Assembly (NCBI RefSeq): GCF_009914755.1
Contig: NC_060934.1
DNA length: 64,000 bases
Source: the human T2T-CHM13v2.0 reference genome, Homo sapiens
Strand: one strand, 5' to 3'
A program made the translations under genes and the position numbers. Below the pieces are notes generated by a model that made no database searches, was not told where the DNA came from, and saw only the letters and a program-made list of their open reading frames with translations. Below, piece after piece: positions 44,561 through 59,867 of the stretch. Every line of letters starts with the position of its first letter. The first letter of the stretch is position 1.

Positions 44561-45529
44561 GGGTGAGTGGGACTGAGTGGGCTTTCTGGAATGCAAAACT
44601 TTCAAAGCTGAAATCGCAAAAGTTCTGGGCAGACCAGGGCAAGTTGGTCACCCAAAGGCCAACCCAGCTTCTGTGGTTAAGGCAGTCACCCCTGCTGTAT
44701 TAACCCCCACAGGGCATAGACTCCTGGGGGAATAATCACCTTCAGTTTCTTCCCTTTCCTGGAGACTCCAGAGATTTTGTATTCTTTACTGTGTGTGTGG
44801 CTGTATCTGGATTCAGCATACAGTACAATCAATCCGCTTTTGATTCTTGTAAGCCCAGAATTGCTTATGAATTCCTGATTTGGGAGCAGCTCCAATGTAG
44901 CTGTGGGTACCAGCCCCATCCAGCTCCTTCAGGTGCAAGGTCGCTGCAGAGAGTGCAGGACAGTGAGGTCCTGGTCCCTTCTTTCTGGCTTTGTGGTAGG
45001 CTCTGAACAGTGCCTCTTTTGAGTGCACCGCGCCCTGTCCTCTTTCACAGATTTTGTTGGTTTCCTTTTGGTTTGGGCGCTGGGTGAAGCTGACCTGCTG
45101 AGTTCACGAGCCCACGTTTCCCGCTGGAGCTCTGCTACTGAGTATCCTCCCTCCACTCCTGGGAGGAGGGCTGCCCCTTACCATCTGGGTCTGCCTTAAT
45201 CAGGAAGATAAGTTACTGTTGATGAAGGAAGAAGAAACAAGGCATATTTTTCTGAATCTTTTCTTATTCCTAGACCAGGGTTCTTGAAGTTAAGATCCAG
45301 GAGCTGCCACCTCATCCCCCACCCCACTTTTACATTTTGTTTTATTTACATTTACGTTTTTATTTGTGACTTAGCCCCAGGGAATGTGGTCACCTAACTA
45401 GCGACCCATTTATAGGGTTTTGCGGAGCTGGAAGGAGCCCATCAATTAATTTTTTTACATGCCATCCTGCTGGGATGGCACAGGGTGAACTCTGACCTGC
45501 CTGTCTTGCAGCTAACTAGATGGTTTATG

Positions 45530-46021
45530 TGTCTTCTCCTCCCTCTAATGGGCCTAACGGATCGATGCTTTTTTCTTCACCTTTTCTGTACCATGAGACT
45601 TTCAGTGTCCTCCCACTGTGGGCGTGGCATTCTGCCCCTTGACCCCACGTGACTTGCTTTGGCCAATGGGCTGTTAGCAAACATGACTCAGCGAGGGGTT
45701 GGGTGGGGGACACTTGCACTTTTCCCTCACTCTTGCTCCTTCTCCTTTGCCAAGACAGTCCAAGTGGTGAGTCATGTGGAGCAGAGCCAAGTTTCCCAGT
45801 TGTCCCTGATGTGCTCATCCTAGAACAGCCAAGCTGCAGCTGACCAGCAGACACGTGGGTGAGCCCAGCCAAGACCAGAAGAACTGCCTAGCAGAGCCCT
45901 GCCTAAGTCACTGATCCACAGAGTTGTGTGTCAGTATTTATAGTGTGACATGAATAATAGGGTGTTATTGAGGTTGTATGGTTGATACACAGCATTATTG
46001 TGGCAGTTAATGGTGGATTCA
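45530..46021 (+). mobile_element. MLT1G/H-like MaLR LTR containing two AP-1 motifs (TGACTCA, TGAGTCA)
   Basis: cacgtgacttgctttggccaatgg...gtgagcccagccaagaccagaagaactgcc. Confidence 0.7.
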
Positions 46022-46266
46022 CTCTAGCTCCACACAGGTGCCAGAAGGAGTGCTCAGTTTCTATGATGTCTCAGGACCTAGCATGGTTCTATGTGCAGTT
46101 CAAAGCAGAAGGTGACAGTGGAAGGAGCCTGGTGTCAGGCAGACCAGAGTGTGGACCTGCAGTCTGCCACTTACAAGGAGGGTGACTCTGGGCAAGTTAG
46201 TTAACTCCTCTCGTATTCAGTTGTCTCATTCTAAAATGGAGATACTACTGATATCACTAGTCCTAA

Positions 46267-46700
46267 TGCTATGGTTTGGATATTTGACCCCTCCAACTCT
46301 CATGTTGAAATATGATCCCTGATGTTGAAGATGTGGCCTAGCAAGAGGTGTCTGGGTCATGGGTGCCAATCCCTCATGAAGTGCTTGGTGCAGTTCTTAT
46401 GGTAATGAGTGAGATCTCCGTCTATCAGTTCCCACAAGAGCTGGCTGTTAAAAAGAAATTGACACTTCCCTCCCCTCTTTCTTGCTCTCTTCCTCTCCTT
46501 CTATGCGGTCTCTGCACACGCCAGTGTCCCTTCCTCTTCTGCCATGAGTGGAAGCAGCCTAAAGCCCTCACCAGAAGCAGGTGCTGGTGCCATGCTTCTT
46601 GTACAGCCTGCAGAACTGCACCAAATAAGGCTCCTTTTAAAAAACAAAAAATTATCCAGCTTCAGGTATTCCTTTGTAGCAACACAAATGGACTAAGACA
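46267..46700 (+). mobile_element. MSTB MaLR solo LTR
   Basis: tgctatggtttggat...gtacagcctgcagaac...aatggactaagaca. Confidence 0.9.
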
Positions 46701-48106
46701 TTTAATAATTCTAATAGGCACAATTCGTTGGGCAATTATGTGTCTGAAATCATGTTAACAATTTCATGTATAGCTGATTAGACTTTCACCACAGCCCTGT
46801 AATAAATATCTGTTTTACAGATGAGAAAGCTGAGGTACAGTGAGACTAACTGAAGGGGCCAAGGGCACACAGCATATCCTACATTAAGTTTTGTTTTATG
46901 TGTGTTTTTCTTTGAGCAGCATGTAGATTTTCCATATAATATGATCTCAACTAAAGCAAAATATATAGAAATAAGACTGGAAAAATATGACAATATGTAA
47001 ATAGCAGTTGCCTCTGAGTACTGAACTTTGAATTTTTTTATTTTTATATTAACTCAAAAATTTTTATAATTATCTTTATTTTTATATCTTTATGTTTATA
47101 TAAAGATAATTATGACTATTATAATAGATATTATTTTATATTATCTTTATAATTAGACTCAACATTTTTAAAAAAAATCTTCTTCACACAGTATTTGACT
47201 GTGTTCCTAAATCTTGTGGTTAATGACAATATCTGGCTTTAGAGTTACTTCATTCATATGTTTTATTTTAATCAATGTAAGACCTTTGGTGCAACATCCT
47301 AGAAGCATAGTTATTGCAGGCCACTTTCTCCTAAAAATATATTAAAATGCTGATAGAATATGTATTATTTAGGGTAGGGTGGCTTGCGGTAACAAAGAGA
47401 CCCCAAAATATATAATGATTCAAACACAATAGAAAGGGGCTTCTGTTTCTTAGAGAGCTTGCAGAGGACCAATCTTCTTAAAGAGAACAAGAACGCTGAT
47501 GGCATACCAAAAAACATTTGTCTGAAGGCATTGGAGAGCTGTGGAGGCAACCAGGCCCAAGGGGCCAAGATTCCTGAAAGGGAAAACCCATGGAAAGATG
47601 AGCCATATTCTGAAGCTGCTCTTCCCTCATGAACTTGGGAATGCTGGGCAGAAGGCCAGGCCTGGGCTACTAGAAAGGGCAAGAAAACTAGCAAAGATGT
47701 GGGAAGCTTACAGGTCTGGAAAGGGAAAATTAAATTCTTAGGGGTGGGGGATCCAGAATCCCATAAGATGGAGCAAATAACTGAGCCAAACTCTCAGTCA
47801 GTTTTTAACAGAAGATATTGGGAAATTTCTGGAGCTACACAAAATGGAAACTAGGTAGGCAAATACAGAGCCTCTGAAAAGCTAAGTGAAGTTTTCAATA
47901 GTCTTACTGTGCTGAGGACACTAGGACTAGAATTTAGAACTTATGGGGCAAGGGCCATGATAAACACCCCAGCCACTCAATGGAAAACCCTAAAACCATG
48001 CTCTAAGAATAAACATGATCCAGGAGTAGGTAGAGATTCAATACTGCTACTGAGCCCTGAGTTAACTCAGTCCCTGGTTGAATTAAGCTGACTAACCCAT
48101 AGTATA

Positions 48107-48470
48107 TGATATGGTTTGGCTGTGTCTCCACTCAAATCTCCTCTTGAATTGTAGCTCCCACAATTCCCACATATCGTGGGAGGGACCTGATGGGAGGTAA
48201 CTGAATCATGGGGATGGGTCTTTCCCATGCTGTTCTTGTGATAGTGAATAAGTCTCATGAGATCTGATGGTTTTATAAATGGGACTCCTGCACAAGCTCT
48301 TTTTTTGACTGCCTCCATGTAAGATGTGACTTTTCTCCTCATTTGCCTTCTGCCACGATCGTGAGGCCTCCCCAGCCATGTGGAATTGTGAGTCAATTAA
48401 ACCTCTTTCCTTTATAAATTACCCAGTCTTGGGTATGTCTTTATTAGCAGCGCAAGAACAGGCTAATACA
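48107..48470 (+). mobile_element. THE1B-like MaLR solo LTR
   Basis: tgatatggtttggctgtgt...ctaataca; perfect TSD GTATA. Confidence 0.93.
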
Positions 48471-49313
48471 GTATATCTACCTATCAGAGGAAAGGATGAA
48501 CAATGTCCAGCATTCAATAAAAAATGTAGGCATACCAAGAGACAAGACTAAATGGTCAAATATCAGGGGGAATATTTAGATATGGGAAATCAACCCACAG
48601 GTGATTCAGATATTGGACTTAGCTGATAAGGGCTTAAGTGAACTGTTATTAATATGGTAAAGACAATATAGAAAAAGATAGATGGATGAAAATAGAATTT
48701 CATCAGACAATTGAAAACTATGAAAGGAACTAAATGAAAATTTTAAGAACTAAAAATTGCAAAAACTAAACTTAAGAATTCAGTAGGTGGATTTATTATT
48801 AATGTAATCTGTTATTATTAATAATCTATTATGAATAGATTAGAAACAGCAAAAAAGATTAGTGAATTAGGAAATACAGCAATCTAAAAAATTAAGATTG
48901 AAACACAGAAGAAAAGAAGATAGAAAATACAAAAGAGAACATAAAGGACATAGACAGCAGTGTAAAGGTCTAACATTAGTGTAATTGCAGCCTCAGATAG
49001 AGAGGAAAGAGATAATGGGATAAGGAAATATTTGAAGAACTAATACCTGACAATTTTCCAAAACTGAGGAAAGACATTAGTCCACAAATTAAAAATCTTT
49101 ACATACTCTAAGCAAAGTATATATAAAATAAATTTTACTTTAGTATAGCTGAAAAACAAAGATAAAAAAGGAAATTGTGAACACAGCAGGAGAGGAACGA
49201 CAGATTACCTTCAATGGAGCAACAATAAGACTGAAGATTGGCTTTTCAGAAATGATATGTTTAAAGAGCTGGAAGGTAGTAAAACTAACCTGAAATTCTA
49301 TATTCAATGAAAG

Positions 49314-50020
49314 TGTAACAGCTCAATAGGTTAATCTTGCCCACTGCCCACACAGATACAGCCAATGTATCAAGATGGGGAATTGCAATAGAGAAAGAGT
49401 TCAATATATGTAGAGCCAGCTAAACATGGACTGTAGTTTTATTACTATTCAAATTAGCCTCTCCAAAAATTGGAGGCTAGGGTTTTGTAAAGATAGTTTG
49501 GTGAGCAGGGGGATAGGGAATGAGTGCTGCTGATGAGTTAGTGATGCAATCATAGTGGTGTGGTAAGTGGTCCTCATGTGCTGAGTTCACTTCTGGGTGG
49601 GAGCCAGAGAGGAGTTGCTGATCCAGTTGGAGTCATCTAGTCATCAGAAATGCAAAAGTCTGAAAAGACATCTTAAAAGGGCAATCTGAGGGTCTACAAT
49701 AGTGATGCTCTTTACAGGAGTCATTGAAGAAGTTGCAAATCTTGTGACTTCCAGAATAATGGCTGGTAATCATTTAACTATGCCTGCATCTTAGCAGAAT
49801 TCAGGTCCCTCTAATCTTCCTAACCTGGTTGCCTTTCATTAGTTTTGCAAAGGTGGCTTAGTTTTGGGAAGAGCTATTATGTTTTAGTCTCCCAAAGTTA
49901 GTCTGGCCCATGCTCAGGAATGGCCAAGGGCAGTTTGGAGGTTAAAAGCAAGATGGAGTTGATTAGATCTTTCACTATCATACTTTTCTCACTGTTCTAA
50001 TTTTTGCAAAGGCAATTTCC
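49314..50020 (-). mobile_element. LTR8-family solo LTR (ERV1)
   Basis: Reverse complement begins gaaattgcctttgcaaaaatt...actccatcttgctttt, matching recalled LTR8. Confidence 0.8.
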
Positions 50021-51647
50021 AAAACATCTTTCAAAAATGAAGGGAAAATATTATTTAAAGACACCAAAACAGAAAAACCCAGTGTAAAATAAATGCCAAT
50101 AGAAATTCTTCAGACAAAGGAAAAGAACCCAGATTTAAAAACTGAAATGCATGAAGAAATTGAAAGCTACAGAAAGAGTATATATGTAAATATAAATAAA
50201 TATTAACCATACGAAACATCAAAAATGATGTCTAGTGGGATTTAAAATATATATTGACAAGAGTAAAGGAAAAGAATGGGAGCAATAAAGTATTCTAAGG
50301 TCTCAACATTGTGTAAAAGAAATAAAAGTCCTAAATTATATTAGACAATATTAAATCAAGGATACATGTTGCAACATTTACAGTAGTTACTAAAATACTT
50401 AAGTACCAAGTTTATATAGGGAAAATAGAATAATAAAACTATTCATCCAAAAGAAAGTAAAAAAAAACCCAAGACATGGAAAAGCAACATTAAAATGGGT
50501 ACAACACAAAAAGTAAAATGGTAACTATAAATTCTAATATATTAATAATTATGTCAAATATAAATTGACTAAATACTTCAAGTAAGACCAAAATAGTCAG
50601 ATCTGATTTTATTAACTCAAGTATATACTGGTTACAGGAGACCCACCTCAAAAGCAAAAAAGGATGAAAGTAAAAGTTGAAAAAAGCTATGCCAGATAAA
50701 CACTAAACAAAAGAAAGCTGGTATCATTATTCTAATATCAGAAAAGTAGACTGGAAGGTAAGAAGCATTGCTAGACATAAAGCAGTTGCTTTGCAATGAT
50801 AAAAGGATCAATCCACTCATAAAGCAAAAACAGACAGAACTAAAAAAGAAAAAGAGACAAATTCACAATAATATTCAGAGGCACAAGCACACTCCTCTCA
50901 ATATATGATAGAAATGCAAACAGAAAATCAGTAATAGCACAATTAGCCTGACCTAATTAACACTGTATCTTACAATGACAGAATATGCATTCTTTTTAAG
51001 TGCACACATAACATTTAATAAAATCAGTCATATGCTGGGTCATAAAGCAATTCTCAACAGATTTCAAGGGATTTGAATCACTCTGACAACTGTGAAATTA
51101 ACCCTCTGACCACTGTGAAATTAATCTAGAAATTAATAACAAAAAGTTAATTAGGAAATCTCCTTTTCTGCTATGCTAGCAATCTCTGCCTCCAAATATA
51201 TGTCAATGTCTTTTTAATTCATAGGAAAACTTGAAGGAAGGAAAAAAGACACTTCTTGAACAGAAATAAAACAGAAACTACAGCCAGCGGGTAATCCATG
51301 AGCCAACACACCAGGAGCCCAGGGAAGCATCAAATGTGAACACATGTCCTAAGGGCTCACAGCTGGGTTTTGATGCTGATTAGGAGAAACGGAATATGAC
51401 TTTGACCTGCATGAGGCAGAGGTGAACTAAGAACTCTGAGTAGAGTTGAGACCCTGGAAGACTGCCCCCTTCTTATAAGAGGAACTAGAAAAACTCAAGC
51501 AAAATCTCCAGAACCAAGCTTGACTGCACAGAAAAAGCAAAGGGGAAAAATATCCCACTGGAAATGGAAACTCCAAACTCATTCCATCCCAATCAGATGT
51601 AAAGTTTTAATTTATACTTCCCACAAAGTAAGGAAATCCCAAACCAA

Positions 51648-51779
51648 ATATATATAAAATATAATTATAAATAAAATATAATCAATTATATAGATATTTT
51701 TATAAAATATAATTACATATATATGATATATTTATAAAATATAATTATATTATATACAATATATTTATATATATATAAT
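51648..51779. repeat. AT-rich (TA) low-complexity tract
   Basis: Nearly all A/T with repeated tataaaatataatta. Confidence 0.9.
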
Positions 51780-52329
51780 GAATTTCAGAAGAGTGATCCC
51801 TTGGCTCCAAAACTAAAGCAAAGAGAACTCCTTTTCTAAAGACATCTTCAATGCCAGGCCACATGAGACTCCCACAGGGGAAAACAATGGCAACACCAGC
51901 TGAAGAAAACTTCCAATGATTTTTTTAAAATCACAAACTACACAAAGAAACAATTCACAATAAGGGAAGTCAGCAGATACAATCAACAGCATAATTAGAT
52001 CCCCCAGACACTTGTGATGACAGAATAGCCCAAATCAAATTATATACCAAATACATTTTAAATGATTAAACACATAAAGAAGGGATAAAAATCATGTTGA
52101 AAAAATAAGCTTCTATTTAAAAAATAATAACAGCCTGACCTGAACATGAGCCAAATTGTAGTTCTCAGACTGAAAATGAACCCCAAAAGTCATTTAAAAA
52201 CTTAATAGTTTAAATAGCAGAATTGATGGTTTAGACAAGTAGGAAGATTTGGTGAACTGGGAGATAAATGTAAGAGAATTTCACAGAATACAATGCAGAT
52301 ATGAAGAGGTATAAAATCTGAAAAAGAGC

Positions 52330-55300
52330 TAACTGAGTGAAATTGAAACATGAAAAACCATACAAAAGTTCAACAAGCCATAAGTTTGTTCTTTGAAAAA
52401 ATACGTAAGATAGACAGGCTACTAGCTAAACTCATGAAAAAAAGAGAGAAGATCCAAATCAACACAATTAGAAATGACAAAGTGGACATTATCACTGACC
52501 TCACAGAGATATAAAAAAACATCAGAGACTATTATGAACATCCCTATGCACACAAACTAGAAAACCTAGAAGAAATGAATAAATTCCTGAAAACATGCAA
52601 CTTCCCAAGACTGAACCAGGAAGAAATTCAAACTTCGAACAGACCAACAATGAGTTCTGAAATTGAATGAGTAATAAATATCCTGCCAACCAGAAAAGCC
52701 CAGGACTAGATGGATTCACAGCCTAATTCTACCAGACATACAAAGAAGAGCTGGTACCATTCCTACTGAAACTATTCCAAAAAATTGAGGAAGAGGGACT
52801 CCTTCCTAACTCATTCTGTGAGGCCAGCATCATTCCAGTACCAAACCTGGCAAAGACCCAACAACAACAAAAAAAAGACTTCAGGACAATATCCTTGAAC
52901 ATAGATGCAAAAATCATCAACAAAATACTAGCAAACCAAATCCAAAGCCCATCAAAAAGCCAATCCATAACAATCAAGTAGGCTTTCCCTGGCATACAAA
53001 GTTGGGTCAACACACACAAATCAATAGATGTATTCATCACATAAACTGAACTAAAGGCAAAAACCACACGGTAATCTCAATAAATGCAGAAAAAGCTTTT
53101 AATAAAATTCAGCATCCCTTCCTGTTAAACACCCTCAACAAAGTAGGCATTGAAGGAACATGTTTCAAAATAATAAGAGCCATTTTCGACAAACCCACAG
53201 CCAACATCATACTGAATGGGCAAAAGCTGGAAGCATTCCCTTTGAGAACCAGAACAAGGCAAAGATGCCCACTCTTACCACTCCTTTTCAACATAGTACA
53301 AGAAGTCCTAGCCAGAGCAGTCAGGAAAGAGAAAGAAATAAAAAGCATCCATGGAGGAAGTCAAACTTTCTGTTGGCAGACAATATGATTTTATACCTAG
53401 AAAACCCCAGCCTCTGCCCAAAAGCTCCTAGACCTGATAAACAACTTTAGCCAAGTTTCCAGATACAAAACCAATGTACAAAAATTGGCAGCATTTCTGT
53501 ACATCAGTATCATCCAAGTTGAGTGCCAAATCAAGAACACAATCCCATTCACAATAGCCACAAAAGGAATGAAATACCTAGGAATACAGCTAACCAGGTA
53601 GGTGAAAGATCTCTACAACCAGAATTACAAAACCTACTGAAAGAAATCAAAGATGACACAAACAAATGAAAAAACATTCCATGTCCATGGATAGGAAGAA
53701 TCAATATTGTTAAAATGGCAATATTGCCCAAAATAATTTACAGATTTAATGCTATTCCTATCAAACTACCAATGACATTCTTCACAGACTTAGTCAAAAC
53801 TATTCTAAAACTTATATGGAACGAAAGAAAGAGCCCAAATAGACAACACAATCCTAAGCAAAAAGAACAAAGCTGGAAACATCACATTACCCTACTTCAA
53901 ACCATACTACAAGTCTACAGTAACCACCACAGCATGTACAAAATAGACACATAGACTGATGGAACACAATAGAGAGCCCAGAAATAAAGCCTTAGAGCTA
54001 CAGCCATCTGATCTTGGACAAAATCAGCAACAACAAAAAAGCAATGGGGAAAGGACTCTTTGTTCCACAAATGGTGCTGGGATAAGTGGCTATCCATATG
54101 CAGAAGATTGAAACTGGACCCCTTTTTTACACCATATACAAAAATCAACTCAAAATTAAAAATGTAAATGTAAAACCTAAAACTATAAAAAGCCTTGAAG
54201 AAAACCTAGGAAATACCACTGTAGAGATAGGCCCTGACAAAGATTTTATGACAAAAATGCCAAAAGCAATTGCAACAAAAATTGAAATGGACAAATAGGA
54301 CCTAATTCAACTAAAGAGCTTCTGCACAGCAAAAGAAACTGTAAAACCGAGTAAATAGACAACCCACAGAATGGGAGAAAATATTTACAAACTATGCATC
54401 TGACAAAGGTCTAATATCCAGACACTATAAGGAACTTAAAAGAACTAACAAGCAAAAAACAAGCAACCCGATTAAAAAGTTGGCAAAGGACATGAACAGA
54501 CGCTTTTCAAAAGAAGACATATATGCAATCAACAAGCATACAAAAAAATATTCAACATCACTAATCATTAGAGACATGCTAATCAAAACCACAATGAAAT
54601 GACCATCTCAAACCAGTCAGAATGGCTATTACTAAAAAATCAAAAAATAACAGATGCTGGCAAGGCTGTAGAGAAAAGAGAAAACTTATACACTGCTAAT
54701 GAGAATGCAAATTAGTTCAACCACTGTAGTAGAAAAGCAGTTCGGTGATTTCTCAAAGAACTTAAAACAGAACTACCATTTGACCCAGCCATCCCATTAT
54801 TGGGTTTATACTCAAAGGAATATAAATCACTCTACTATAAAGACACATGCAAACATGTGTTCATTGCAGCACTATTCACAATAGCAAAGACAAGAAATCA
54901 ACCTAAATGCCCATCAATTGTAGACTGAATAAAGAAAATGTGGTACGTATACACCATGGAATACTACACAGCCATTAAAAAGAACAAGATCTGTTCTTTG
55001 CAGGAACATGGATGGAGCTGGAGGCAATTATCCTAGGCACATTAATGCAGGAACAAAACACCAAACATCATGTATTCTCACTTGTAAGTGGAAGCTAAAC
55101 ATTGAGTATACATGGACACAAAGAAGTGAACAATAGACACTGGGGGCCGATTGGAGGGTGAGGAATGAGAGAAGGGTGAGGACCAAAAAAACTACCTATC
55201 AGGTACTATGCCTATTACCTGGGTGATGAAGTAATATGTACGCCAAATCCCCACAACATGCAATTTATCCCTAGAATCAACCTGCACATATACCTCTGAA

Positions 55301-55330
55301 ACTAAAATAAAAGTTGAAAAAAAAAAAAAA
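52330..55330 (+). mobile_element. 5'-truncated L1PA15/16-like LINE-1 (ORF2 RT/C-terminal relic + 3'UTR + polyA)
   Basis: ORF2 peptides such as [23 protein letters not shown] and [13 protein letters not shown]; frameshifted; probable TSD AAAATCTGAAAA. Confidence 0.9.
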
Positions 55331-55332
55331 GA

Positions 55333-55616
55333 AGCCGGGTGCAGTGGCTCATGCCTGTAATCCCAGCACTTTGGGAGGCTGAGGAGGGCGGATCACGAGT
55401 TCAGGAGATTGAGACCATCCTGGCTTACATGGTGAAACCCTGTCTCTACTAAAAAAATACAAAAAAATTAGCTGGGCCTGGTGGCAAGCACCTGTAGTCC
55501 CAGCTACTTGGGAGACTGAGGCAGGAGAATGGTGTGAACCTGGGAGGTGGAAGTTTGCAGTGAGCTGAGATTGCGCCACTGCGCTTCAGCCTGGGCATCA
55601 CAGCGAGACTCCATCT

Positions 55617-55649
<33 letters not shown>

Positions 55650-55650
55650 A
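55333..55650 (+). mobile_element. AluY/Sc8-like, inserted in the L1 poly(A) tail
   Basis: gatcacgag, gagaccatcctggct, aatggtgtgaacc; long A tail. Confidence 0.92.
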
Positions 55651-56138
55651 AAAGAAAATCTGAAAACGATTAAAAGGAATTAAGATTAAGAGAAAATCTG
55701 AAAAGATTAAGATTATGAGGAATAATGAATGAGGACCAACCTAGAATCTAGTAGTTCATTTTGTTGTTGTTATATTTTATTTTTAATTGACACACAATAA
55801 TTGTACCTATTTATGAAGTACAGTGTCATGTTTTAATACATGTATGCATTCTGTAATGATAAAATCATGGTATTAAGCATATCCGTCACCTCAAACATTT
55901 ATCATTTCCTTGTGATGAGAACCTTCAAAATCCTCTCTTCTAATTATTTTGAAATACATGATACAGTGTGAGGGGTCTTCAAGAAGTTCATGGAAAGTGC
56001 ATATTATGAAAAAAACTACGCATGGATTGCAAAAATTTTTGCACAGAAATAAACACATACTAACTTATTATAATAGGGGCCTGAGCAGGATCTAGTTTGA
56101 GGAACTAAGAAGGGTAAGACATGGACTTAAAAACAGCC

Positions 56139-56561
56139 TGTATTAGGCTGTTCTCACATTGCTATAAAAAAAATACCTGAGACTGGGTAATTTATTAAGT
56201 AAAGAGATTTAATTGGCTCCCGGTTCTGCAGGCTGTACAAGAAGCATAGTACTGGAGTCTGCTTCTGGGAGGCCTCTGGAAGCTTGCAATTATGGCAGAA
56301 GGTAAAGTGGAAACTTGCATGTCACATGGCAAAAGCAGTAGCAAGAGAGAGGAAGGGGGTAAGTGCTACACACTTAAACAATCAGATCTTGTGAGAACTC
56401 ATGTACTCGCTATTATGAGAACAGCACCAAGGGGATGGTACTAAACCATTCTGGAGAAACATCTCCATGATCCAATCACCTCCCACCAGGCCCCACCTCC
56501 AACACTGAACATTACAATTCAACATGAGATTTGGGTGGGGACCCAGATCGAAACCATATCA
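56139..56561 (-). mobile_element. MSTA solo LTR inside HSMAR2
   Basis: tgtattagg...aaaccatatca; TSD cagcc/gagcc. Confidence 0.9.
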
Positions 56562-56956
56562 GAGCCCCGTCAGAGCAACATGAATTCTGCTAAAATTGAA
56601 GCAAGAACAAACACGAAATTTATGGTGAAGCTTGGATGGACAAATGATGAAATAATTGATGCTTTTCAAAAAGCTTATTAGAACAATGCCCCAGTGAGAT
56701 CAGCAGTTTACACAAGGATAACTCAAAGGGATGGGAACATGCAGAAGTTTGGCCAACAGCAGCAGATCATCCACATCAATTTTCGAGGAAAAAATTAAGC
56801 TTCTTTGTGCCCTAACTGAAGAGGACTGACAATTCACAGAAGAAAAAATAGGCAAGACCATAGATATCTCAGTTGGTTCAGCATATACAATTCTGACTGT
56901 AAAATTATAACTGAACAAATGTTCCACTCAATAGGTGCCAAGCCCATTGTGCCCAT

Positions 56957-57850
56957 GGCCCCCTGTGCAGTAACAGACCCATTACACTGGGACAGTAGGG
57001 GTTGCAGCAGAGAAAGGATTGATTGATTGCAGAGTGCTGAGCAAGGAAATGGGAGGAGACCCTCAAATTCCTCTGCCTAAGGAGTTCTAGGATTGGGTTT
57101 TTAAGGGGATTATGGAGGATGAGGGGCTGGAGAATTAGGGGTGTTGATTGGTTGGGCTAAGGGGGATGATATCATCAAGATGTGGAAACTCATGCTTTGG
57201 TGAGTTAGCTTCTTATGGGGTCCTTCAGACCAGCTGGCATCAGTGGGGTCCTTCAGACCAGCCAAGTCAATAATTCATCAGTATGCAGGACCTGAAAGTA
57301 TATCTCAAAGGGAAAACTTAACATTTTATACTCGTTAAGTTGTTATCTACAGAGCAGTTAAGGAGAACTATAATCTTCTAACAGGGTCTACATCATTCCA
57401 GGACAATAGGCACCAAACAAACAACTGTGAGGAAGCAGGTCGGAGAACAGGCTGACTTCATGATTAATGCTGAACGTGCTGCAAGCTTGGTTTATTTTTA
57501 TTTCTCCCTCTCCCTTCTTCCCTAATTTTCATTTTCTTTTATTTTGGGAGACAGCATCTCATTCTGTTGCCCAAGCTGGAGTGCAACGGTATCAACAGTT
57601 CACTGCAGCCTCGACCTCCTGAGCTCAAGCAATTCTCCTGCCTCAGCCTCCTGAGTAGCTGGGACCACAGGCATGCACCACTATACCTGGCTAATTGTTT
57701 CTACTTTTTATAGAGACAGGGTCTCACCATGCTGCCCAGGCTGGTCTCAAATCCTGGGCTCAAGCGATTCTCCCAAAGTGCTGGGATTATGGGCATAAGC
57801 CACTGTGCCCAGCCCTGATTAATTTTATAAACGAGATAAGGGCAGTTTTA
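56957..57850 (-). mobile_element. LTR26-family LTR inside HSMAR2, itself containing an AluJ (57527-57813, -)
   Basis: ggggtccttcagaccagc repeats and gctgcaagcttggtttattt match recalled LTR26. Confidence 0.7.
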
Positions 57851-58112
57851 CCCAAGTTAACTTCAGAGAAGAGCAGAACTTTCAATGGAAATTTCAAACA
57901 GTAGAATCCATATCCTGAAGCAGTTCTTTAAAGAATTATAACAGAAAATGAAGCATGGCCTTACTAGCATGATCCTGAACACCAGGCACAATCAAAGCAA
58001 TGGCTACAAAGGAGTCCTGTCAAAGCAAAACAGACTAGTCAAGGGCAAAGGTCATAGCAACATGTTTGGGGATGCTCAAGGCATTTGGTTTGTTGACTTT
58101 CTGGAGAACTAA

Positions 58113-58651
<539 letters not shown>

Positions 58652-58781
58652 TTAATCTTAAAAAATCTTTAAATGGCACCCATTTTCCTTTAGTTAATAA
58701 TGTAAAAAAGACTACATTGACATAGTTAAATTCCCAGGACCCTCAGTTCTTCAGGAACGGACTAAATGGCTGGTATCATCC

Positions 58782-59162
58782 TGTATTAGTCCATTGTCAA
58801 ACTGCTATTTATTAGAAAAGAGGTTTAATTGGCAGGCTGTACAGGAACCATGGCGGCATCTGCTTCTGGGAAGGCCTTGGGAAGTTTTACTCATGGCAGA
58901 AGGCAAAGTGAGAGTAGGTGTCTTACATGGCAAGAGCAGGAGGGATGGTGGGGGTGGGCAGGAGGTGCTACACACTTTTAAACAACCAGGTGTCACAAGA
59001 ACTCACTATCATGAGGACAGCATCAAGGGGTAGTGCTAAAACATTCATGAGAAATGTGCCCCCGTAACCCAATCACCTCCCACCAGGCCCCACCCACCTC
59101 CAACACTAGGGATTACAGTTGAACATGAAATTTGGGTGGGGACACAGATCCAAACCATATCA
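58782..59162 (-). mobile_element. MSTA solo LTR inside HSMAR2
   Basis: tgtattagtcc...aaaccatatca; TSD catcc/catct. Confidence 0.9.
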
Positions 59163-59867
59163 CATCTCTTAGAAAAATGTCTTGAAGTTGATGGAGCTTA
59201 TGTTGAGAAATGAAATTTATGCTTTAAATTTTTATCTTTTAATTCCATTTTTTCCTAACTTTTTGAAGTCCCCTTGTATTGTTAACTATAGTCACCCTAC
59301 TGTGCAATAGAATACTATAACTTATTTCTTCTATCTACCTGTAATTTTGTACCCATTGACCAATCTCTTCTCATCCCCTCCTTCCCCTAAGCTTCTCCAC
59401 CCTCTGGTAACTTCTATTCTACTCTGCAGTTCTATGAGATCAGCTTTTTCAGATTCCACAAATGAGCTAGATCATGTGGTATTTATACCTCTGAGCTTGG
59501 CTTATTTCACTTAACATAATGTCCTACAGGTTCATCCATCTTGCAGAAAATAACAAGACTCGATTCTTTTTATGGCTGAATACAATTCCATTGTGTATGC
59601 GTACCTCATTTTCTTTATCCATTCATTCACTAATGGACACTTCGGTTGCTTCCATATCTTCACTATTATGAATGGTGTTGCAATAAACATGGAGGTGCAG
59701 GTGTCTCTTTGACATACTGGCTTCATTTCCTTTAGATATATACAGTATACCCAGCAGTGAGATTGCTGGATCATACGGTAGTTCTATTTTTAATTTTTTG
59801 AGGAACCTCCATACTGTTTTCCATAACAGCTGTGCTAGTTTACATTCCTCACCAGCAGTATATAAGG

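Larger units (their letters stand above)
47700..52330 (+). mobile_element. Ancient L1M fragments (5' region/ORF1/ORF2 endonuclease relics), interrupted
   Basis: A-rich L1 ORF1/ORF2-like motifs (gaaatatttgaaga, acaattttccaaa, ctaatatcaga, atatgctgggtcataaa); no open frames. Confidence 0.65.

Noticed and set aside
52330-55330. L1 ORF2 fragments as a retrotransposition-competent L1
   Set aside because: 5'-truncated, old subfamily, many stops and frameshifts
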